The notes under the pieces are model-generated. The model was not told where the DNA came from and made no database searches. It worked only from the letters and a program-made list of their open reading frames with translations. Of a stretch of 17,432 nucleotides of DNA, positions 9,110 to 17,398 are shown piece by piece; position 1 is the stretch's first letter; each line of letters opens with the position of its first letter. Source of the DNA: Octopus sinensis. Taxonomy: Eukaryota. A program made the position numbers and the translations under genes. The stretch spans positions 1 through 17,432 of the forward strand of contig NW_021824860.1 in the NCBI RefSeq assembly GCF_006345805.1. The letters are read 5' to 3'.

Positions 9110-10043
9110 CTAATCTTCCACAGAAAGACCAAAATGCCATACATAAATGGGCTACAGAAAACAACAAGCAATTTAATACAGGTAAATTCCAAGCCCTCTG
9201 CAACCAGGTAAATGGTACTCACAAGCCGCAACGACGATACTTCGGACCAAAACAAAAGCGACAATCCTAGAGTGCATGATCTGGGAATTGATGTGAGCAA
9301 CAATTCTTGATTTCACGTATGTGTTACTAAAATGGTGGCAATGCAGAGATGACAGGCCGGATGGATTCTGAGAATCTTCAGAACATGGGAACAGGAAACC
9401 ATGCTGGTTCTATGGAGGACATTTGTACTCAGCTGTCTGGACTACTGCTCTCAACTGTGGTCACCCCACTGTGTCAAATTAATAGCAGAACTTGAGGCGG
9501 TTCTGCGGTGCTACACCAGGAAGATTGCATCAATGGAAGAGCTGAGTTACTGGTGGGAGACTGAAAGAGCTACGACTCTACTCCTTGAAGACGGAAGAGG
9601 CATGCAATGACATGCAGTGACATGCGTATGGAATATCCTGGAGGGGCTGGCACCAAACTTTGGTATCGAGAGCAATACCAGCCCCCGAAATGGACGTCAC
9701 TGCACTGCTCTGAAGGTCTCAGCTACTCCGTTTAGAGTGAGGACCAGACACTACAATAATTTGGGATTCAAGGACCCACAGCTATTTAACGCCTTGCCAA
9801 AATATCTGAGGGATCTTGATGGAGTGGGAGTAGATGTTTTCAAGAGACACCATGATCTCTTGTTATCCCAGGTCCCAGATAAACTTATATCAAAGCAGGG
9901 AACTCAAAAGAGGGCAGCAGTGCCGAACTCCCTCCTTCACAAAAAGCCAAACATAGAAGATTGACCATTGAAAAGGTGATTATACTGACGGTGCTCCAGT
10001 ATGGGTACAGCCCTAGTGCTGAAACATGTAAAAGATTAAAAGA
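9110..10043 (+). mobile_element. CR1-group (CR1/L2-like) non-LTR retrotransposon, decayed 3' fragment: RT C-terminal region plus 3' UTR
   Basis: Translations QKDQNAIHKWATENNKQFNTGKFQAL (from 9121), DLGIDVSNN, GWILRIFRT, MLVLWRTFVLSCLDYCSQLWSP..ELEAVLR.YTRKI..M..LSYW, WNILEGLAPN, FNALPKYLRDL..VFK, NSLLH match the CR1-type WA..NNM.FN..KF / LEYC..LWSP / LSY.ERL / FN.LP motifs; frameshifts and stops present. Confidence 0.88.
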
Positions 10044-10331
10044 ATATATGTGTGTATGCGTGTGTATTCATAAAAAAAAGAATCTTATTGATAGTGACCT
10101 CGTAGTTTCGGCAAGTAAAGCCATATATATATTTATCACATCCGAGAGTGCGATACCCTGGCTGTGATTTGAACCCGTCCACGCTAGTTCAAAATTTAAT
10201 CAACAACCCGACATCTTACAGTGTATGTAGTGGTACAAGACAGAGGGTACAGGCCCTGTTTAAATAGTAAACCGTGTAAATGTGGGTGGCACGATTATAA
10301 GGACCGCCTACTGCGACGTGGCTGGGTTGAG

Positions 10332-10427
10332 AATAAACAATTGTTTGCTAACAGATGGGAACTGAAAGGTTTATTTGCATTTGATCGTTTCCTTTTCTGA
10401 TTGGTTATATTAAAATAGGGGGAGGGG
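10332..10427. promoter_or_regulatory. Candidate cis-regulatory motif cluster (Fox/Sox palindrome, E-box, octamer, CCAAT, AT-rich box, G-rich box)
   Basis: AATAAACA 10332; AAACAATTGTTT palindrome 10335-10346; CAGATG 10352; ATTTGCAT 10373-10380; TGATTGG 10398-10404; TATATTAAAA 10406; GGGGGAGGGG 10418. Motif matches only. Confidence 0.3.
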
Positions 10428-10997
10428 CTGCGAACCCAGGGGGTGTAATGTTTAGCGAACAAGGGGCAGGGGAGTTAGAGAGTAATGCTAAAGTGTACGT
10501 ACATTCATTCACACCTCTCTGTCATTCTAACAGACACAAAGCTTCACCTTGCTATATACGTACGTATATATATATATTATATATATATATGTGTGTGTGT
10601 GTGTGGTGTGTGTGTGTGTGTGTGTGTGTGCGTGTGTGTATACACATACATATAACTAAATAGATATATATATTATATAAAATAATTATTTGAGGGAATA
10701 TAATTCCTAACTTGCAGGGAAAAATTCAATTTAGAAATACTAAATCAAATTTCACAAAATATAATATATATATATATATATTAGAAAAAAAACACCTTTT
10801 ATCATTCCAAAATGAACAACTAAATTACACCATCTAGAAAATTACATATAATAGAAATATTAAATATAAGATAAAAATAATATACCGATGATTAAGTAAA
10901 TTGCAAAATATTAATAATAAAAACATATATATATATATTTCGTTTTCAGATTTATTTGCAAGATTCTTTATGTGAGTTCGTGTGTTGAAGCATATTG

Positions 10998-11266
10998 TGT
11001 TGTGTCTGAAATGAGACATTCTCTCTTAGCGTCAGATAATTTAACACACTCACCGGTAAAGTTTCCACTCATTTACTAACTTATTTTTCTCAAATTTTGG
11101 TTGCGTCTTGCAACCTTTTCAACAAAGTCAACAACTATCGAAAAAGTTGCAAGACAGACATAACGGACATTTCTGAAAAATAAATTAGTAAATGAGTGGA
11201 AATTTTACCGGTGAGTGTGTTAAATGAAAAGGCACTAAACGAGAATGACTCTCCCCAAACACAACA
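10998..11266. repeat. Long fold-back palindrome, arms about 130 bp, short spacer centred near 11130
   Basis: 11039-11088 matches the reverse complement of 11176-11225 at 48/50; gtcttgcaaccttttc pairs with gaaaaagttgcaagac; one ~4-nt indel between arms. Confidence 0.93.
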
Positions 11267-11270
11267 GATA

Positions 11271-11307
<37 letters not shown>

Positions 11308-11311
11308 TAAT

Positions 11312-11381
11312 TAAGTTAAGTCCGGTATAGGTTTCGCATCCACAAAAGCCGTAGACTCGTGGACGTCTCGTCAGACTCTTA
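11312..11381 (-). ncRNA. Hammerhead-ribozyme-like motif (type I topology) in the PLE 3' region; cleavage triplet degenerate
   Basis: Minus strand: aagagt CTGACGA GACGTCCAC gagtctacggctttt GTGGATGC GAAA cctataccgg acttaa. Core 11374-11368, long stem II and GAAA 11335-11332 are present; no NUH at the expected place. Confidence 0.6.
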
Positions 11382-11718
11382 AGCTGAAGACAAATGTAAT
11401 TCTTCACCTCTGAGAGGCAGGAATTCGTTACGGTCATTTGTTTATCAAAGAATAGAAAGTCCGGGGTTAGCGGGGATTGGTTATTTCCCAACCACCAGCT
11501 TTTGTGCCCAAAAGAAGGAGACCAAGGAATATATCCCTCGGGTTGCTAATGGATCGTAAGGACCATTCCGGGCCTAACCGGGGAACGGGGATCCCATGCT
11601 TGCAGCGGGCAGTGCCTGAAATGGATAACAATGTCTGTAAATTTCCTGGTAAATGTTCAGTGATTCAGTTTTCAGGAACACTTTGAGCATCCTTGCTTGC
11701 TCAGCTATGTGTGTGTTT

Positions 11719-11987
11719 CCCAAGCTGGGAAATACATCGTCACATCACTGGCAAGCCATATGTGGTGCCTCAAAGATGAAGGGACCCCATATGCTATCAA
11801 GCAGAGGGTCTTAAAGCAGCCGGGACCCTACATTAACAGGAGCGTAAAGCTTTGCAGCTTACGCCCCTGTTAGTGTAGGGTCCCGGCCGCTCTAAGATCC
11901 TCCACTTGATATCGCATGGGGTCCCTTCATATTTGAGGTACCACATATGGCTGGCCAGTGATGTAACGATGTATTTCTCGGCTTGGG
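11719..11987. repeat. Inverted duplication inside the PLE GIY-YIG region; arms 129 bp, about 16 mismatches, centre 11853
   Basis: 11719-11847 versus reverse complement of 11859-11987 align without indels; centre is the hairpin AAGCT-ttgc-AGCTT. Confidence 0.95.
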
Positions 11988-13032
11988 TGTTGGTTGCGCT
12001 CACATTACGGGCGCATCTTCGGTTGGCTCGGAGCCTGGAGATGTTGTTGCCACCGGTGCTGCTGGGATTATCATTACGAGGCGTCGATCTGGCGATATCG
12101 CTGTGGCTGTTGTCGGTGCTAGTGTCGCCGATTATGTTGTGGGTGCCTTCGTTGGTAATATTTGGCGTGGGGCTGATAGCCTCGCTGGGCTGCTGGTGTC
12201 GGGGTGGTCATCCCCTCCGGCCGTAGTGCTGGCTCTGGGGTTGTTGGCGGGTGTTTCCGGGTGTTTCCGCCGCTGTCGCTGCTTCCGATACCCTCGATGT
12301 TGTTGGATGATCCGTTGTTGCTATTACTATGGTCACTACGCCTGGGTATCACCACAGCCTGCTACATGACTCCCTCAGCCTCGCATTGACCTCCCACAGG
12401 ACGGTCATTCTACACCCAGCAAGAGCAGCCGCTCTCCTCCCGCGTTTTATGGATGTTAACTAATACACTTTTCATGTTGGGAACACAGCTAATGGAGACC
12501 CTTAGGGTCCGTGTCTGCGTGAAGTATTTGTATACTGACCCGAGGAATATTCTTCCCACACAAACCTTGACGTTGGGTGAGAAGCAAACCAAACGACGTT
12601 TCGGTGGGGCTTCCTTTTGTGGATGCTAGGGCCTGGCATATAGGAGATGCGGTCCTTAAACCCGGTGGCGCCAGTGCCACGTTGTAATAGGGAGCAGCGT
12701 CGTCAAAAATTTCTTGGCTTGAGGTTAGGTTCGAGATCCCCTTACTGACACCCTTCACTAGGTTTTTGAACACGACAGGGGTAGGCAGGAGGCTGAGTTG
12801 ATGTAGGACAGCCTCTCGTTTGTCTTGCGATGGGGCCTGTGTGTACCGGAGCCCAACTCTAGTGTGACATCTAGGAGGTTTACGGTGGTGAAGTTCGTTT
12901 CCATAGTAATTTTGAGTCTCATGAAGTCTAGTACGCTAATTAGGTCCTTTCTAAGCCTTTCGAGTCTGTGCCCGTTGGCTCCTCTAGAGATAGTCAGAGC
13001 GTCCCCTCTGAAGAGACCGAAGTGGATGTATT

Positions 13033-13068
<36 letters not shown>

Positions 13069-13262
13069 AGTATTTTTTATTGTAATAATAATGATGATAA
13101 CAAGAAGAACAACAAGAATATTCTTACGCACATACATACATACATAGATACGGTCATACATACGTACATACATACAGTCTTACACTCACACACCAAAGCC
13201 AAACACAGAAGCATAATACATAGTCTACCCGCCTGGTACCCGAGATCTATAACATTGCCTAA

Positions 13263-13301
<39 letters not shown>

Positions 13302-13435
13302 CCATCTACCCTGATGACATACCCACCATATATTCCACCACCAGCACCACGTCCATCCCCCCCATACAACCATTCGCCCATCATTCCTCACCTATTATAT
13401 CCCCGAGATATTGCCATTATAGCATTCGTAATAAT

Positions 13436-13454
13436 CACCACCACCACCACCACC

Positions 13455-13524
<70 letters not shown>

Positions 13525-13563
13525 TATGTTGTTGTTGTTGTTTTATTATTATTATTATTATTA
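13436..13563. repeat. Compound trinucleotide microsatellite (ACC)n-(ACT)n-(GTT)n-(ATT)n
   Basis: Four abutting triplet blocks. Confidence 0.95.
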
Positions 13564-13680
13564 TGGTGAGGCCGGAAGCCACAGCTGGCTTCCTTTAGTT
13601 CCTGTTGCTAGCAGCTCCATCTAATGGAGTTTGGAGGAGGCAGAAAGATTTTTCAAATTGGGGGTGGGGGTGGACTGCAG

Positions 13681-13765
13681 GGTGTGTGTGTGTTTGTGCG
13701 TGTGTGTGTATGTGTGTGTGAGTGTGTGTGATCAAAAATGAGTCAAAACTTGTGTATTATGTATA

Positions 13766-13802
<37 letters not shown>

Positions 13803-13957
13803 ATGTGTGTGTGTATGTATGTATGCATGTATGTATGTATGTATGTATGTATGTATGTATGTATGTATGTATGCATGTATGTATGTATGTATGTATGTAT
13901 GTATGTATGTATGTATGCATGTATATATGTATGTATGTATGTGTGTGTGTGTGTATA
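13681..13957. repeat. (GT)n/(GTAT)n microsatellite
   Basis: Long GTAT array with occasional GCAT variants. Confidence 0.95.
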
Positions 13958-14118
13958 TGAAGGGCGGTGCAATGGTTAGCTCAGTTGAAATAGGTAATAC
14001 CTGAAGAGGCTGGCATCATTGTTTTGGGGTCCAGATGTGCCATTAACTTAGCGTCGAAGAGAAAATGGTTTTTGGATGTAATTTGAAGAATATTGGATGA
14101 CGAAGTCGTAGAATTGGA

Positions 14119-14231
14119 GAGAAAAGAGAGAGAGAGAGAGGGGGGACGAGGGGGGAGTAAGACTGGTTATTATATGTGTGTGTGTGTGTATGTGTGTGTA
14201 TGAGAGCTTACACACACATACACAGCAATAT

Positions 14232-14280
<49 letters not shown>

Positions 14281-14281
14281 T
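14119..14281. repeat. (GA)n, (GT)n and (AC)n simple repeats
   Basis: Short adjacent dinucleotide tracts. Confidence 0.8.
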
Positions 14282-14397
14282 AAAAACAAATGGAAATGAA
14301 ATGGAAAATGAAAATTTCTGAAGAAATAATTTGTTTTCTTTTCTTAAATGTGTTTTGAGTGCACAATTCTGGTCTCTCTATCTATTAACAATGGTAA

Positions 14398-14428
<31 letters not shown>

Positions 14429-14785
14429 CACACACTTTCGCATACATACATGTGTGTGTCTGTCAATGCATGTATGTCCACATCTTACCCATAAACGCAT
14501 ACATATTCTAATGGATGTCGCGCCCAGATAAGTGCGACTTGGTAACAGACAAACACATTTCGTACTAACTGTAAAAGCGAATCTTCTTCAGTGATCCCTC
14601 GTGGGACCATTGACTAAAGCCGCCGCTACAATTATTTCCACAAAGATCGCTGAATATTGTTGGCGGATCTTGCACGGTTTTTATTCTTCTCGTATTTTTC
14701 GCGTTAATTCTTGTTGCTTCTTCCACTTCGACGCTGTCAACTTTGACCCTTGTCTGTAGCCATCTTCTATTGACCACTGGGCCAC

Positions 14786-14860
14786 GGGCATATGGCGTAG
14801 TGGGTAAGAACGCGGGTTACCAACTCCAAGATTCCGAGTTCGATTCCAGGCAGTGATCTG
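14786..14860 (+). mobile_element. tRNA-derived SINE head followed by an (AAT)n tract
   Basis: A-box TGGCGTAGTGG 14793-14803, B-box GTTCGATTCC 14838-14847, then aataatcataataat...; acceptor and T stems do not pair, so not a functional tRNA. Confidence 0.75.
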
Positions 14861-14873
14861 AATAATCATAATA

Positions 14874-14924
<51 letters not shown>

Positions 14925-14938
14925 TAATAATGATAATA
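14861..14938. repeat. (AAT)n microsatellite
   Basis: Near-pure AAT run. Confidence 0.95.
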
Positions 14939-15157
14939 ACAGCTCATATCCTACGCAAAATACTTTCTATGTAATCTCAAGTTTTAAAACAAACATAATT
15001 TTCGTATGTTTTTTTTAGACATTCACTAGTACAACACTAAATACAAAACCAAATATATGACACACTAGACATAACAACATTACTTCCAACCTGTTGTCTC
15101 TTGAGGTCTCTGGGTGAGACTTGGAGCCAACTTGTACAAATATAAAGCAAAAGTCAA

Positions 15158-15161
<4 letters not shown>
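14939..15161 (+). mobile_element. Probable R4/Dong-clade LINE 3' terminus (last codons plus 3' UTR), heavily 5'-truncated
   Basis: 14939-14974 translates TAHILRKILSM*, resembling the R4/Dong C-terminal GTA.ILRK.L motif; (TAA)n on both sides. Confidence 0.65.

Positions 15162-15220
<59 letters not shown>
15162..15220. repeat. (AAT)n microsatellite
   Basis: Pure AAT run; lies at the 3' end of both the Dong-like fragment (+) and the antisense family-A SINE. Confidence 0.95.
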
Positions 15221-15358
15221 TGTTTCTTTACTACCCACAAGGGGCTAAACACAGAGGGGACAAAGAAGGACAGACAAACGGATTAAGTCGATTACATTGA
15301 CCCAAGTGCGTAACTGGTACTTAATTTATCGACCCCGAAAGGATGAAAGGCAAAAGCC
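15221..15358 (-). mobile_element. Family-A SINE, 5'-truncated monomer with tail 1
   Basis: Reverse complement ttttgcctttcatcctttcggggtcgataaattaagtaccagttacgcacttgggtcaatgtaatcgacttaatccgtttgtctgtcc...gccccttgtgggtagtaaagaaaca followed by (ATT)n. Confidence 0.92.
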
Positions 15359-15949
15359 GAAACGTTGTGTTAACAACAAACAAGATGAGGACAAATATCC
15401 GTCAAATGTAAATAATGTAAATAATGAACACCACGGTGGAATCGACGTAAGCGTAAATAATCTTAAACAAACGTCAAAAGACAAAACACGTTTTCCGAGA
15501 CTCTAAGGATTTCACCAATATTCCTCACTTCTCAGAATTATAACGAATCCAGATTTCTTGCCTTACTTCATCAAGTATGACAATGCCAACTTTACTGTTA
15601 ATGTTTCGTGCAGCCAACGTCCCTCGGTATTCGTTTGTCAGTTATTTAAACAAAGTTGCTATCAAGATAAAATCACTAAGTTCTGAATTGTGTCGGACCA
15701 AGTCCATGGTGGCGTGCGTAAGGGGCGAAGGGGTCAGAAATCCATTTGGGACCTGTCAATAACGAGGAATCAAAGAAGGTTTTTCATGTTCTGTCCTGTT
15801 CCTCGTCCCCTCGGCCCCTGACTACCCCCGTCCTTTTCCTTCTCTTTTTATATACATCGGTGGTGAAAGGATGTCTGGAATTGGGACACGGAAAAGGGAA
15901 ACGGTACAAGGGACGGCTATTGGGAAACGCAGGAGATTGGGTGCGCGCG

Positions 15950-15967
15950 CAGATGTATATATATCTA

Positions 15968-16023
<56 letters not shown>

Positions 16024-16289
16024 TATATATATGTACATACACACAACACACACACATATATATATATATACATATATATATTATATATACATATGTGTAT
16101 ATAGATGTGAATATATGTACCACATACACATACACACACACACACACATATATATGTGTATATATATTTGTGTGTACATGTATATATAGATAGATACATA
16201 CATATATACATATATAAATATGCGTGTGTGCGTGTGTGCATGTATCTATCTATATGTACATGTACACACGAATATATATATACACATAT

Positions 16290-16370
<81 letters not shown>
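15950..16370. repeat. Compound (AT)/(AC)/(GT) microsatellite field
   Basis: Alternating purine-pyrimidine repeats ending in a pure (TG)n run. Confidence 0.92.
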
Positions 16371-16371
<1 letters not shown>

Positions 16372-16998
16372 GTGATTCTGTGCCAGTGAAACAATGACAA
16401 AGATGATATTGAAAATAATGATGGGGTGGGGTGGTATTAGTGGTATTGGGGTGGTGATAGTGGAAGTGGCGGTGGTGTTGATGGCAGTGGTGGTGGTGGT
16501 GGCCTGTATGCTCTATGTATATTGTAGAACGATAGTGGAGTGGGGTGGGGTGGTGTCCAGTGTTCTTCTCCCCACCTCCACCCCCATGATAACAAAGCAT
16601 ATCTCTGAGGTAAGAGTCGCCCACCCCATTCTACCCGTAACTTCTCTATCTGTCTAATCCAGACACCATCCACTCACAGGCATGCATCTACCGTTCCCTC
16701 ACTCGTCTCCCTTTCGCCACTCTCCCTTATACTGACTCCCCCACCCCGGGGGCTGACCCCTATCAGATCTCTCCCATCTCTTGGCAGTTGACAGAAGCTA
16801 CAGCTAAGGTTTCCAAAGGAACCTCTTCCTGGACCCCCAGATAAGCTGGAGATAGTGGCAGCTCGAGACAGATGAGTGACGCTCTCACACTCCTTACCCT
16901 CACTCCACTGGCCGTACTCCACACCTCTCTCATCTCACACAGCCACTCGTCTTTTACTCTTTCTCTCTCTCTTTATACGTTTATCCATCCACTCATCT

Positions 16999-17055
16999 AT
17001 CAATCTATCTATCTATCTATTTGTTTGTCTCTCTATCTATCTATTTATCTATCTA

Positions 17056-17150
<95 letters not shown>
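16999..17150. repeat. (ATCT)n microsatellite
   Basis: Long ATCT array; source of the SIYL ORFs. Confidence 0.95.
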
Positions 17151-17300
17151 TAGTTTCGCTGTCTGTCTGCCAATATATATATATAAAAATACAAACTGGG
17201 AGAAGAACGCAAAACATTTAGAAGACGATACAAAAAACACGGACGGGACATTCGAAGCCTTCAGTCAAGAACCGGATCATCCTCACAATTTCGGCTGATT

Positions 17301-17301
<1 letters not shown>

Positions 17302-17368
<67 letters not shown>
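17302..17368. repeat. (TG)n microsatellite
   Basis: Pure TG run. Confidence 0.97.
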
Positions 17369-17370
<2 letters not shown>

Positions 17371-17398
17371 ACAAATGACAGAAACGGAAAATGGAAAC

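Larger units (their letters stand above)
11305..13033 (-). mobile_element. Penelope-like element (PLE), 5'-truncated decayed copy: RT C-terminus, Cys linker, GIY-YIG endonuclease remnant and 3' region
   Basis: Minus-strand translations GLFRGDAL (degenerate GLYRDD motif), LKITMETNFTTVNLLDVTL, PHRKTNERLSYINSASC, ISNLTSSQEIFDDAAPYYN, LRVSISCVPNMKS, GCSCWV*NDRPVGGQC..GVM*QAVV, KYIV-TSLASHMWYLK..IKWRILERPGPY and, after the inversion, IAEQARML..SLNIYQEIYRHC follow the PLE RT-thumb / CxC..CP.xGxC / T.L..H.W.LK / CxLC..E..LN..E...C order. Confidence 0.9.

Noticed and set aside
13000-13025. Plus-strand CTGAAGAGACCGAAG resembling a hammerhead core
   Set aside because: It is the antisense of the PLE RT motif codons (FGLFRGD); no stems.
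13960-14115. A-box-like tggttagctcagttg and CTGAAGAG core-like motif
   Set aside because: No B-box at tRNA spacing; no GAAA with a paired stem II, stem III or NUH. Origin of the stretch is unresolved.
14786-14860. Functional tRNA gene
   Set aside because: A and B boxes are present but acceptor and T stems do not pair, and an (AAT)n tract follows; treated as a SINE head.
15555-15615. Minus-strand GAAAC...GTC...tgatga in permuted hammerhead order
   Set aside because: Only ~4 nt between GTC and the core (no room for stem I), core lacks the first C, and no stem II pairing.
16607-16615. Splice-donor-like GAG|GTAAGA
   Set aside because: No convincing upstream acceptor or coding exon; flanks are low-complexity G- and C-rich sequence.
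17185-17300. Non-microsatellite stretch that may be an interspersed repeat fragment, with minus-strand CTGAAGGCTTCGAA
   Set aside because: No second copy in the window and the hammerhead core is incomplete; cannot be supported without a database search.
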